NCBI GenBank assembly: GCA_016748015.1
Contig: JAAOMT010000372.1
Coordinates: 682,001 to 746,000, forward strand
Source of the DNA: Geosiphon pyriformis uo1
Lineage: Eukaryota; Fungi; Glomeromycota
DNA: 64,000 nt
Reading direction: 5' to 3'
The notes below the pieces were generated by a model. The model did not search any database. It saw only the letters and a program-made list of their open reading frames with translations, and had not been told where the DNA came from. The stretch's first letter is position 1, and every line of letters begins with the position of its first letter. This document shows positions 37,672 through 51,163 of this stretch, one piece after another. Made by a program: the position numbers and the translations under genes.

Positions 37672-39960
37672 TAAAAAAAACTCTTTGTCTCTTTAATTTC
37701 ATGATCACAATTAAAGCAAGGAGTAAAAAAGCTGTACCTGATATCTTTTCTGAAATATCTAATAAAATTTCAACCAGAGGAGCTTTCTCTGTTGTAGAAG
37801 CAGCCAGACAGAATGTTTTAGAAGCATTCTCTTTACCTAGTAATCGTAAAAAGCTGTCTTTAGTAGCTACTAAAGCAACTTCCTTATCTTTGGCTGGTTT
37901 TTTACTGGTCAAAGTTCCCTTAAAGAAACATATTTGGGTTAGTCCTAGTGTTGTTTTTACCCCTACTAAGAGCCCAAAAGTGTTTAATAATAGACCAATT
38001 AACAAGCTGGTATTTCCCTTCATAGCTTTAACATCTGATGCTTCTAGCACCTTCTCTTCAAAGAAAATAGTCAAAAAAACCAAAAGTTCAGAAAAGTGGG
38101 AGCAGTTGCTTGTCTTTGTTATTGTTACACCAAACTCCTTTGTGGTTCCAAATGAGATCTCAAATAAAATCTTTGTTGCATTATTTGACACATCATCCAA
38201 GATGGACCAAGATCAACTACTAACTGTATTGCCAAATATAATGTCTTTCAACAGATCATTACCAGTTTTAAAAGCAAAACAATCATCTTCTGTGGTGTCA
38301 CCTGTTTTTGAAAACTGGGCTGACTAAATAGATATTGAATCATCCTCTCCTCTGGTTTCTGGTGCTATTTCTGGTGGTGCTTAGAAAACTATTACTAATT
38401 GTCAAAAGTTTACTGAGTGGGTGATCTCTACTTTGGTGCCTGGTACTACTTTCAAGATTAAACTGGCTCATGTTAAAACTGTTTTCCAGTCTGTGCATAG
38501 TTTTTTGGGTGCAAAGTCTGTTTCAAAAGATGATGTGAAGCTTTTCTGTGTAAAGTTTGCTTTCCAAAACTTTTTGAATGCTGCATTTTTGGTTGAGCTT
38601 ACAACCTCTGTTCATCTTGCCATTCTTAAAATTGCCAAGTTTTTGGTGGTTTCTGAGTCTGGCTCTCTTTTTGCTGCTATTACATTGTGTAATATGTCTT
38701 TGAATGTATTTGTTGCTAATATTAAGATGACTCTTGGTGTTTTTGGTGAAATTTTTTGTATTTAATTAAAATCTGCTAGTATTTGGCAATATGTTGTTGT
38801 TTACTTTAAGAATTTAGATGCTGCTATATTTGCTTTTAATTACTGGTTGGTTTTGGTAGACAAAAATAATGTTTGGATTCTTTTTCTTGTGAATCAACAG
38901 GAAATAATTGTGTTTTATGATAGATTTAAGATTAAGTTGGTTAATCTTTTTTTTGGCTGTACTGTCTTTAAAATCAGTGATATGATTTTTTAGATTGGTG
39001 GTCAGACTTGTTTTATTCCTTAGTCTCCTGATTCTGGTCATTGTTTCTACTTTGTTTTGGTTACATTTGACTCCCAAGCTAATTTGAATCTTGCTGTTGT
39101 CAATATTGGTATACTAAAAAAGTGCTGTATCTGGTAGAAAATCTCTAATTGCTGGCATTGTTTTCAGTATCAAGAAATAGACCATTTGGCTATGGACTGT
39201 AAGGTTGCTTTATCTCTCTCTTCTAAAACTCTCAAGATGTTTAAACTGTATCTTGTCAGTTCTTTGTTTTATATAAAGACATTTGTTCCTTCTGTTTTTT
39301 CTGAGTTTTTTTCTTTGGTGGCTTCTGCTTTTCTTGTGGCTGTTAAAGATTTTTTGGTGTCTTTTTGGCTGGCATTTCTGGAATTTGATTTGGCCAAGCT
39401 TTCTGTTTTGGTTAAATCTATTGTTAAGCCTGTTGGCTCTATAATCAAAGTTTTTGAACAATTTGTTAATAGTGATCTGATTTCAAGTTCTGTTTTTGGT
39501 TTTAGAGTCAACAAAGTTTTAGTTCACATGAATACCTTTAACAAAGCTGTTGATAAATTGGAGTGGAAAGTGGTTGCTCTGAAAGCTGAGTGTGGTTTTG
39601 AAGACATTGATATGTCTGGCCTTCATATAAGTTTGTCATCTTTTAATAATAATATGTTTTCTAATTTGATGTCTCTTTGGGAGCATAAATCTCCTACTGT
39701 AAAAACTGATGCCTTTAAAACAGCTGAATGGTTGGTTAGTTTGGTTAATAATAGTGCTACATTATTTAAGATTGTTCAAAGAATGTCTTTTTTGGATAAG
39801 TTTTCTTCTGATGCATCAATATAATATAGCCTGAACTGGCTTGAATAGCTAATTATATGTAGTAAGCACATGAACTATATTTAGCTCTGAATCACTTAGT
39901 TTGGTCCTAATTTCTAGATAATGGTTGGGCCATACTCATTAAATTTGGAATAAAAAAAAA
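37672..39960 (+). mobile_element. Full-length ORF1-only LINE derivative (LINE-4)
   Basis: 5' T(A)8 leader, then a single-frame ~707-codon ORF1 at 37701-39824 broken only by point stops. A 127-nt 3' UTR carries the LINE motif, followed by poly(A) at 39952-39960. TSD (A)nTATTGCAA on both sides. Confidence 0.9.
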
Positions 39961-41623
39961 TATTGCAAACAAAATACCAAATATTATTAAATACAACCAA
40001 ATTATTAGTCTTAATAAATTTTTTATGTATACAAATTGACAAAATTAGATTTAAAAAAAAGACAGTACTAATTAATATATTAGCTTTTTTATTGTTTAAA
40101 TGTCTAAATGGCTTTTAATTTTAAACCAAAAAATACAGAAAAATACAGAAAAATATTGAATACTTAATATAATATATAAAAATAACTATATATTATAATA
40201 TTATTACCAATTTAAGCCATGATTTTTTTTATAATTATTTATAGCTATAATTTACAAATTAATATAAATTATCTTCTTATAAAACACAATAATAAATTAT
40301 ATATATATAAAATATCAAATATTTTTGTAATGAAAAAATTTACTATATTAAATGTGTCTTAAAAAACATTTTCTAAATATCAAAAAAGAAAAATTATTTT
40401 AGCAAAAAGTTAAAACATATAAACAGTAAAATTTTTATGACTATTAAATATTTATATTCTTTTATAATATATATATGAAGTCATATAAGCTGAAAAACTT
40501 TCTAAAAAATAAACAGTTTAATTATAAATTCTTGACAAATACATATATAAACAACTCAAATATTCAATAATAAAGAATAAAAAAACTTATTACTAAATTT
40601 TTTTCAAATATAATTGAATTTTATTAAAAATACTAACAAATCTATTTCTATATAAACTATTTAAAATAAATTAACTCCAAAAAAATTTTATTTATGTATT
40701 TTTTGTTTTAAGTCATTAATTTTTAAATCAAATAAAAAAAATGTTTACAATAGACTTATACTTATAAAAATTAAACAGTAAAAAATTTTAAACAAGTTAT
40801 TTAATCAGATAAATTTACATATACATAATTTAAAACTACAGAATTTGGACATATATAACATAAATCTTTCAAAAAGTTTTATAAAAATTGTATTGTACTT
40901 ACAGTTAGAAAAAGCTTTGGTCATATGTTTTGGTAATGTTTTTTATAAATTGGTTTAAGTTTTTTGGTTTTTTTGGTTAATTATATTACTGAAATTATAT
41001 ATTGTTAAATTTTAACTAATTATACAATTTTTATGGTAAAATTTTATGCAAAAAAATCTAAAAAAAAGTTTTTTTTTTAAGAAAACAATATATTAATTTA
41101 TATATTAAAAGTTGCATATTTTTTTCTTACTTTTTTAAATATTGAATTATTTTTTTGGCCAACACAAAGTTTTAATATTATTTTAATAGAAAATTTTTGA
41201 TCATATATTAAAGCTAAAATTTTTTAACATAATTTACAACTTTCAAATATTGTATAATTAGAATAATAAATTAAGAAAAAATAAGATGTAATATTTGTAT
41301 ATTACTATTATAATTTGATTAAGTCTATATTATATTGAATTTAAGCTATTTTTAAAACAAATAAATATCAAACAAAATATTATTATGTATTTTAATATAA
41401 TAATAATAAATTAACAATTCATAAATTAGTTTTTTTATATAACATATTATAAAAGTATTCAATATTTTTTATACTCCTTTATATATAGATTTTTATCTTT
41501 AATAATATTCAAAATATAGTGTTATTTAATCCAAAAATAATTGCATAAATTTAGTAAAATTAACTTAGATTCAGAAATACACATATTTAAAGCAGTTTAA
41601 TTATTTAAAAAAATAATACCTGT

Positions 41624-42634
41624 TGTTACCGGAGGTTTTTGGTCTCTTTTTTTGAATGTTGTAACTGTCTGTTGTTTGCAAATTCACGTTTTCTAGAAGT
41701 AGTTGAACCTCCAATAACTGAATTTATCTTTAAATTATCTCCTATAATTTAACTGCTGGGCTTATAAGTGGAATGGCCAATTCCTTGCCAGTTACTTTAT
41801 GTAGTTACGTTGTAGTAAACGTCAACTCTTTCCCAGGAATTGCTCGTCTGGAAGCTCACTAAAAATGTGTAGTTACTTTGCTGTGAAAGTCAACTCTTCT
41901 ACAGGAATCTCGTCTGTAGGCTACTCTAATGATTGTAATAAGAAAATAAAAGAAAAATAAAAGAAATGTAAAAGAAATAGAATTCTGTCAAGGGAAACGT
42001 TTTCTATCCAGGCCTGGAGTCACTAACAGTTTATTGAAATTGGTAGCTAATTAATTTTAAAACATTAGTTGTGTTGAGGGAATTTCAAGTGTAATAATTT
42101 AAGAATTTGGTTTTCAAATATTTAATCTTTATTTGATTTTGTAAAAGGTGATTTGTTTCAATTAAGATATCTAAAGTAAGATACTATGGTAAGGTACTAT
42201 GAAAAAATATATTTTCTTGAAGAGAAAAGCTCTTCTTTTATACAACTTGTTGTAGTACTAGTCTATGAACTTGCACTTTTTCTCTTTGCTCAAATTTTGG
42301 CGAACTAAAGATACATTTTGATGAACTACAAGTTATTTCGCTGAACTATTGATTAATTTGGGTGAACTATTCATAATTTCGGCAAATTTCTATAAATTTC
42401 GGCGAATTTCTGTAAATTTCGGCGAATTTTATAATGTTACAAAGTTCAGGGTATTGTGTAATTTGATCATCCTACTTTCTATTATACTAATTGGATTATT
42501 TAATTTAATCGTGATATGTGATAATTGATTAAATAATAAATGATAATTTGAAATGATATTAATATACTAATTAATTATAGGAATTATAAGGGTAATTTTC
42601 CTGCTAGTTAATAGCTAAAATTCTACTGGTAACA
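41624..42634 (-). mobile_element. Solo LTR related to Gypsy family A
   Basis: Its reverse complement matches the A LTR (GACCAAAAACCTCCGGTAACA, GAATTGGCCATTCCACTTATAAGCCCAGCAG). TSD CTGT/CTAT. Confidence 0.9.
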
Positions 42635-43894
42635 CTATATTTAATAAATATATATATTCCAAAACCAGTTCAATAATTTTTAATTTAGCCATAGTAAAAA
42701 AAATCAAACCAAGCACTTAAATATATTCAAATTTAAATTCTTAAAAAAGATTATAGCATTAGCTCTTATATTGACTATATCTAAATTACTTAAAAAATTA
42801 TTAGTATAAATATTAAAACAATTTAAATTAATATTAAACAATCTGTTTTAAATTAAAAAAAACTTATTTAAACAACACATATTTAAAAACTGAAAATCTA
42901 AAACTTAATTTAGAACATTATAATAAAGATTTAATTTATTTAAGAACTTAATTGTAAATAAAAACTATTTAAAACTAAGTTTCAAGAATCAAGTTTTTTT
43001 TAATAATAAAAACTTTTTTAGTCAAAAACAGCACTATTTTTATTATACAATTGTTTAAACAAATAAAAAGCATTAAAAAAACCACTTTTTTTAGAACTAA
43101 AGACATTAAAGTACTATTTAAAACCCAAAAAACAAAAAACATATTAACATCAAAAAAAAAATTATAATCATAAAAATTTTTTACTATACCAATTAAAAAA
43201 TTGTTTACAGAATTAACTTTAATATAAACAAAAAATTACAAAAAAATTAAAAAACCAGTTCAAAACTTGCAAATCAAGAAACTTATAATAAAATAACTAG
43301 CTAAAAATACTATAAATATTTAAAAAACTAATTATAAAAGCCAATTTATACTTAACTTGTATATATTTGAAAATTATTTTAAATAATAATTTTAATTAAA
43401 TTAAAAACAGTTTTATAAATTAAAATTAAACAATTTAAACTTTAATATTTATAATAACATCAATATTTAAAAGTTTTTTATTAAAATTAATTAATAATTC
43501 AAAATAAAATTAAGATTTTAAATTAAAAAACAGAATATTATTATAAATTAACAAATTTAAGTTTTATTATAATAACTTTATCAAATATTTACAAATTATT
43601 TTAATATTATTAATAAATATTATAATTATAATAATAATAACAAAAATAAAAATAAAAACTATTTATTTAAAATTATTAAAAAAACTTTTTTTTATAATTT
43701 TATAATTGTATTTAAAGCAAAAAGTAAAAAAAAATTTTTTTATTGTTTTTAGCAATTCTATTATAAAAAAGTTTTTTTTAAAATAAAAATAATTATATAG
43801 TGTTTTTTTCATATACTTTAAATATAAAATAGTTTTTAATTATTTAAAAAAAAATTTGGTTTTAAATAAAAATTTTATTATTGTTTAAAACCAG

Positions 43895-44752
43895 TATTAT
43901 GGTTTAAAAATTTAGCAAAAAAATTATAAAATAATATAAATTATTCAATTATAATATAGTACAATAATAATCTTAGAAAAATAATAATTAATATAATAAT
44001 AAACATTATTTCATAATAACAGTAAGTATTAATTTACAATAATAACAAATACCAACTGGTAATAACAGCAAAATAGCAGATTAAAATATTAAAAAAAGAG
44101 TATTACAATGTGTTTTTTTATAAAATTACAAATATGTATATATATAATAATTTTAATATTAAGAAAAACAATAATTTATTCAATAATTTATCTAATTGTT
44201 TAATTTTGTCAGATTTTAATCTTTTACTTTAATTATTTTTTAGTCTTTACTTTTAAAATAAATATTTATAAAAACTTTTAATCAAAAAAAAAATCAAAAA
44301 AATATTAAAAACTAAATTATTATAATCTAAAGTATTAAGAAATTTACTTGTATTATTTATTAATTAAATATCATGAAAAAATAATTTCTGATTAAAATTA
44401 TTTATATTATTATTAATTAATAAAAGCTTTATTGTAAAAATTAGGAAAAATGCTAAAAACTATTAATATTTTATGTTTTTAGATTAAAAAAATACATTAG
44501 ATAATTATAAAAATAGTTTTAAAGAAAACTTTAAAACAATGAATAAATTTTAGTTTAGTCTCTAAAAAAGAGTATATAAATATATACAACAATCTAAAAT
44601 TTGAGAAATAACTTACATTGTAATATTAAAAAAAAGTTTTTAGTATAATATTAACATTATTATACAAATAAAATTAAAGAACTTATAAAAAACTAATTGT
44701 AATTAAAATAAGATATTAATATTTAATATACTAAAAAAACCAATTTATAATA
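43895..44752. mobile_element. Solo LTR D2
   Basis: Collinear with 31138-32014. TSD CCAG/CCAA. Confidence 0.8.
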
Positions 44753-45328
44753 CCAAAAAAATAAAATAAAATAAAATTTATTGTTGTATTATAGTAAATA
44801 ATAATTAAGTCTTATTTATTATATAAATAAAAAAACAATTTTTTTTAAGAATTTATTATCAATTTTTTTGATTTAAAATCTGTTTTTTTCTTTATAAAAA
44901 TAGAATATTGATTTTTTATAGTTTTTTTAATGTTTTTACCAACTGATTATGATTATAAAAATATGAAAAAAAAGTTTTTAAGTTTTTTTATTTTTATTTT
45001 TTAATTAATTTAAAAATATAAAAATAAACTTTTTAATATAATATTAAATTATTTTTTTAATATTGTAATATATATAAATTTTTTTAAAAATATTTTGATC
45101 TTTATATTTGTTTTATTTTTCTAAGTTTATTTTATAATTGGTTAAATTATTTTAATGTTATTTTTTTAATACTTTAAATATTTTAATTAATAAAATTTTA
45201 AAATTAAATAAAATTAGCATTATTAAAAAACCAATTATATAATAATCAATTTAATTATAATAAAACAATTTTATCTTATAATAACTTATAATATATAATA
45301 ATTATTATATTTAATTAATTGTTTTTAA

Positions 45329-46207
45329 TTTTTTTATTATTATGTGATTTACAAGTGAAGCCCAACTGCTATTTAATACATAAATAGAACACACTAAATA
45401 CAACTTATATATATACTACATATGGTCAGTTATTTGGACCAGATAAAACAACACTATATGTTTATGTTAATAAAAGCATTACCACTTAAACCAAAAAAAC
45501 AACAACATAATCTGTATCTACCAAAATTAACAGCAAAGGGTTCCAAAATACCAAGTATATAAACCACTTTATCTCACAACATAAATGCCAAACAATAAAA
45601 CAAGCCCAAAACCATGCTATTATCCTTGATTAAACCAGCTTTCTCTATATCCATTCTATGCTTAGACCTAATAAGTCATATCTTAGTACAATACAAATTA
45701 ATCACAAACCTAACATATTTAACAAGAGCCAAAACAGTCTTTTTTTTTCTCTTAAAGACCAAAGTAGTCTCAGCATATTAATCCTTTAACACAAAATCCT
45801 TGCATATAGCAGTGTACAGATCTATGTCTGAAAAACACATTAAAAGTGAATGCAAAATAACCAACATAGACAAGCAAAAAAGACCTGTCAACAACACTTA
45901 TCTTTTAGCAGCTTTAGCCAAAATGTCCTTCTAGAGTCCAATATTACTGAAACAATTCTATTTTATTACACAACAAGTACAACACCCCAGGATAATCTTT
46001 GTTATACAATTTCTTCTTGATTACTACTGGCAACTGTCTATGTATTGCTTTCATCAAATAAATGCACATATTGGCTGAGCTCCTGTTAATAAACCCAAAA
46101 AACATGTGTAAGTTAGGATGTCACATTTTTGCAGTAGTAGTCCAATCTACCTTTTTAATTATAACACTTGAAACAATGTTATAATCAGGATTAGCCTTCC
46201 AATAAGC
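45329..46207 (-). mobile_element. Short 5'-truncated LINE (LINE-5): 3' end of ORF2 plus 3' UTR
   Basis: Poly(T) at 45329, 3' UTR motif at about 45415-45445, 12-bp TSD AATTGTTTTTAA at 45317-45328 and 46208-46219. Confidence 0.8.
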
Positions 46208-46793
46208 AATTGTTTTTAAATAATATTTTTATAAATATTATAAGATTTTATTTTAAATTATTACAAATATATAAATATAAAACTAGTTTTGGTTCAAAAT
46301 AATAATAATTTATTTTTAACCACAACAAATAAAATAATAAATTAATAAAATATATTTTAAATACATAAAATTCAAAATACTTAATTATTATTATTTAACT
46401 TTATTTTTACTATTAACCAAATAAAATTATTTTATATTAAGAATTCTAAAACGATAATTTTTAATAAAGATTATTAAATTAATGCTTTGTAAAAAACCAA
46501 AAGAAAAACTTTCTTTAAAAATTTTTATTCAAGTAAGTAATAATGTAAATTGTTTCTTAATTACTAATTTGTTATTAAAACTTTTAAAACTTTTAATAAT
46601 AGTTTTAAAGCTTTTTGAGTTGTTGTTTCTTGGTTATTATAGAAAAAACAGATGTTATTTCCTTTCTACTTTTTACTTAATTGTAATTATGAATATTAGT
46701 TTTTAAGATTTAATAAACTTTCTAATTTTACAAGCTAAAATTTTTATTATGCGTCAAAAAATTTGATCCCCATCTTGCTTAGTTTTCGTCATC

Positions 46794-48063
46794 ATGAATA
46801 AACCCCCTCCATTCGGTTCTTTGCTCGAAGTCGTTCGGAATTGTGATAAATATCCCTATTCTGATGAAACATTACCCTATGACGAATCGCCCGAATTAAT
46901 TCCTTTTCTTTTGAACCACTTAAAAATTGGGATTCTCCTTCCCTCGACTGTCGGTTTGCTACAAGAATACAATGATCGTCAACCACCTCCCGCTCCTTTC
47001 ATCATAGCTGAGAACTGTATTACATTTGCTGAATGCGTTAAAACATTTGATGAGAGAACTGAAGTGGTAAAATTACTGTTTGATACATGGAGACGAGAGA
47101 ACACCTTTGAAGCCTTAAGAGGTCAGTAGGAGACAGCCTTGAAAATCTTGGCATTCGTGCTAAAATTCACTTCAACCTTAACTCTTTTCTAAATAAAAGG
47201 CTGGCGCGATGAGCTTTATCCCGTCTATGGGGACAATACTCACCCTCTTAATATAGCATTTGTAATGGAACGGGCAGCAACCGCCATATTTGGGATTCCC
47301 ACTTTTGGTGTTCACGTAAACGGCTTTGTGAAATCAGAGGATGGGGAAATAAAAATGTGGATTGCCAAACGTGCATCGTCCAAACCCAGTTGGCCAGGCT
47401 GGCTGGATAATATTGTCGCTGGTGGAATCACCTATAAACAAACAATCAAAGAGACCCTAATTAAAGAGGCAATGGAAGAAGCAAGTTTATCATTCGAAAT
47501 TGCTTCGAAAGCTACCCCTGTTGGTGCCATTACGTATTTTATCCTCAATCAAAGTGGCACACAGCCGGAAACACAGTATGTTCCTGGTTTGGATCAAAGA
47601 ATTTCGAAAACAAAATCTGTTCAAAGGGAAAATACTGCGTATCATGTTAATATATAGGTACATTTACGATCTACTAATCCCAATGGAGGTCCATCCAAAG
47701 CCACTAGATGGTGAAGTTGAATGGTTCGATTTATGGGACGTGAATGAGGTATTGTGAAGCTCAGTTTCCCTCCTTTTTACCTACTACTATTTTGATTTTA
47801 AAGCATTTCGTTAGATAAAGAAAAACTTATTGGAAGGAAAATTTAAACCGAACTGTGCTTTAGGTTGATTTCTTTTTCTTCGAAATTTTAATACTTAATT
47901 TTCTACCTATGATAAATGACTCATCTTTTCATTTTTAGTTGTAATCGATTTCTTTATCCGGCATTCTTTCATATCACCGGACGATGAGTCTGATTACTTA
48001 GATATTCTAACTAGAATACATAGACGCCTAGATTTTCCAGCTCCAAAGCAATGTGGACCATGA
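46794..48063 (+). CDS. Nudix hydrolase, YJR142W / plant NUDT20-like; 5 exons
   Basis: Exons 46794-47121, 47200-47575, 47658-47748, 47815-47863 and 47939-48063. Motifs GWRDELYPV, MERAA..FGI..FGVH.NG, WPGWLDNIVAGG...KEAMEEASL (Nudix box) and FKPNCALVVIDF. Confidence 0.9.
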
Positions 48064-48192
48064 GTCCAAGAAAATCCGCGTTTTCTGAGCTCCGGGATTA
48101 AGAATCCCAATTTCCAAGAATGATTTTTAGCCCACAAAAGATAAGAAATGATCAATATTCTTACTATTTATATCGAAGACCTATTTATCAAA

Positions 48193-51163
48193 TTATTGAA
48201 TCTTCCGCGATTTGCTTTCTGTTTCAAATATCAGCATTCGCCACAATTTCTTTACAAAAAGTTCTGATTCTTCATCTAAAGTCTAAGAAATTACAAATGC
48301 CATGTAAAGAAAATAATCCCAGAGATTTGTATAATATAGAGAAAATAAATATTTTACCATTTCCATCTCCTTTGTGAGCTCAGCGGCAGATTTTCTGTTG
48401 CGCAGATGTTCCATTACAAAATAAACCAATTCATCTTCCTGTACCCCAAGGTATCCGACGATTTTCTTGCTGACGAAAGGTTGTAGTTTTTTCCCAAGAA
48501 TATGCTAAGCAATTATTTAGTATTTTTCATTGTTTAGACCATTCGAAATACGTATCTTTTATCTCCCAATGTTCAATTACTGTGCTGGAGATAAATAGCC
48601 AAAAAGTGTTAATGTCACTTACCTCGTCCAACTCTTCCCACTTGACATTCCAATTCCATAGTCCCTCCTTATCTAGAGGAATAGTCGCGACCAAGTCTGT
48701 TATTTTTCTTTTTCTATCTTCTGACTTCTTTTCATTGTCATCATCATCACTATATTCCAATGGAACGAGAACTCGTTTTTTCTTTTTTGCGTCTGCTTCC
48801 TCATCATCGGAATCATCATCAACTTCTGCAGGAGCAATCATTGTGGTACGCCGTAAATTAGATATATTAAGAGTTAGTCGTGTAGCCTTGCCATTGTTAA
48901 TAGCTTGCCCAGCACCATTTGTAGCATGTGGCGGAGGGGCATTTGTGCCATTTGTTTCTGCCTCAATTTCACGTTGTTTTCTTTCCTCTTCAAGAGTTCG
49001 CTCCCATTCCTGCCGGCGTTGCTCGGCCTCAATCTCTTGTTGTTCATGCAGCCGATCCTGTTCATCCTGAGCTATTTCGCGAGCTCGGAATTGTTGTCGA
49101 TGATACCACCAACGAGAACTAATGTCATCATTATTATGAAATTCAACATTTCGGAGCCAAAACTCATCAAGGATACAAAAAGCAACAGAACTAGGAGCTC
49201 ACCGATCTCGGTAATATTCCTCGACACCCCTTTCAGCTTCAAGGTCATCATCCCATTCGGCAAACTTTCTGGCTGCTAATTCACGATCTCTTATTTCTTT
49301 TTCTCGTTGATCTACTTCTCGCTGATCTTCCCTTTCATAACCTCTTGCCGCACTAATTTCTCTGGATTCCCAACGACGTTCTCTCTATATAATTGATCAA
49401 GTCAAAAAAGCAATAGGAAAATCGAAATTCTTTATGATAACTCAAATTGTGATCCGACCTCTCTAAAAGCCATTTCTAACTCTTTTTCCCTCTTTGCTTG
49501 TCGCCTTCTTTCTTCTTCCTCGTCATCAAAAGCCAAAGATTCACGTCTTTCGTCTCTTGATGAATTAAAATTTACTGATTGATGAAAATGTCCGAATGAT
49601 CTTTCTCTCTCCCGAGTTTCGTTGACGCGTGTACGTTCCTGTCTTGCCTGCTCTTGCCTTGCCCTACGCGATGCGCGTTCCTCGTCTTCTTTTTGACGTT
49701 CTCTCTCTCTCTGAGCAGCCCGTTCTCTGAAGAAAGCTATTTCTCGATATATTAAATCTTTTTGTTCGGGAGGGAGATCGGCTGGGAGATCGGTTTCTTC
49801 ATCTCTCTCTCCGTTGTCAGGCCCAGGTGATAATTGCCCATTGGACTTATTTTCAGGAAGCGAGGATGGTGAAGGTGAGGTCAGTTGTTGTTGTGGCGGC
49901 TTTGTCATATCTTCGATTACGTCTATGACAGCTAAAAGTGCATTCTTATCTAATTCTGTGTCATGCTGTCATATTTGATCATGTTAATTAAGATGCCCAC
50001 CGATCAAAGTTTTCAATTGTCGAAAATACTTACAACAGTCCTGGGTCTTGATATTTCATATTGATCTAAGAATTTTCTGGTGTTTTCATCAGCTTTGACC
50101 TTAGTATTGATCAAGTTTTGTGGGAATATGTTTTTAAGTCGAACAGCTTATAGTGAGATTATATAATTTTGACTTACGATGAGCTTTTTCCCAACAGCTC
50201 CCTCCTCTAAGGAAGGTAAAATCACACCCTTATCCTTTCTATCGTCAGCAGCACCTTCACCGCCCAACACACGTAGGGCACGCAAAACACTATCAGGATC
50301 CATGTACTCGGCAAACCCGAATCCCTTTGGATTTCCAGATTGATCTTTTACTCTTTTCCATGTTTTGAGCCCACCGCATGTCTTTTTAGGGATGTCAAAA
50401 TTGCGGGTAAAATATGATCATTAAGAGGTTAGTAGCGTGCGAAAATAAGCACACCTAAAATTCGCAAAGATTGCTCTTGGGCATGGCCAGCGAACCAAAA
50501 GCATTATTAATCGAGACTCTGATGAACAATATGAGGGAATAAATTTTTAGCATCCCCTTTGGGAAATAATCACACTGCCAGTTGATCTTAGAGTGCGAAG
50601 AAAGCAAGAATGTTCAATACCAAACCTCCAATACATCTAATCAAATCCCGTCCGCTAATAGTCCCCGGTATATCTCATTGCTCAATAGTGTCCCAAAATA
50701 CCAAATATTCTTGCTTCCTTCGATTGGGTAAAATATCGTCAACTTGTTGACTAAAGGCGGTATACGTAACCCACCCGATAATTATAACCAATCCTTAATT
50801 ACCTTGAGAATTTTTTCCATCCATTCGTCAGTTACGCCGGGCGATATGCCCCCAATGAAGAGTGTAGTCAGTTTTTCTGCCTCTGATCCTGGCCCCATCA
50901 TTGGGATTGAAATTGGACTATACCCTGTTCGAGAAGGTCCCATAAAATTTGGCCGTTGCATTGGTCCACTAGGTATAAATCCTGGACGAGGAGGTTGTCC
51001 ATATCCTGGCAGACCACCAAGTGGCCCGCCCCCAGGAGGGCCATATTGTGGCCGATATTGACCTAATGAGGGAAGCACTTTAAGTTAATTAAATCAGAGT
51101 GTGTAAGAGGTATTCCTAATATCTTTTAATACCATATGGTGGTGCAGGTCGATAAGGATCCAT
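48193..51163 (-). CDS. SNU71: U1 snRNP-associated splicing factor RBM25/Snu71 (Pro-rich, RRM, RE/RD-rich, C-terminal PWI); multi-exon
   Basis: ATG at 51163 (MDPYRPAPPY). RRM TTLFIGGIS...TCGGLKTWKR...KGFGFAEY; IYREIAFFRERA; PWI KKIVGYLGVQEDELVYFV...LDEESELFVKKLWRMLIFETE; TAA at 48195-48193. Confidence 0.9.

Larger units (their letters stand above)
17920..43500 (-). mobile_element. Ancient, heavily eroded LINE that hosts most nested insertions of 18.5-42.6 kb (right boundary uncertain)
   Basis: Segments 17920-18544, 19438-19560, 37485-37670 and 39969-40140 align collinearly with LINE-2 at 20940-22030 (3' UTR motif, zinc knuckle, RNase H region). Beyond ~40.2 kb the similarity is faint. Confidence 0.55.

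Noticed and set aside
40200-45300. Near-pure AT tracts as centromere or organellar DNA (also 52500-53700 and 57850-59020)
   Set aside because: Residual similarity and nested TSD-flanked insertions indicate eroded transposon remains, and no organellar genes are seen.
48582-49279. Plus-strand ORFs over SNU71, and similar antisense ORFs over NELF-B and the transposons
   Set aside because: They are antisense shadows of real or former coding sequence.
50500-50600. C/D box snoRNA in the SNU71 long intron
   Set aside because: Only an imperfect C box is present and no CTGA D box was found on the sense strand.
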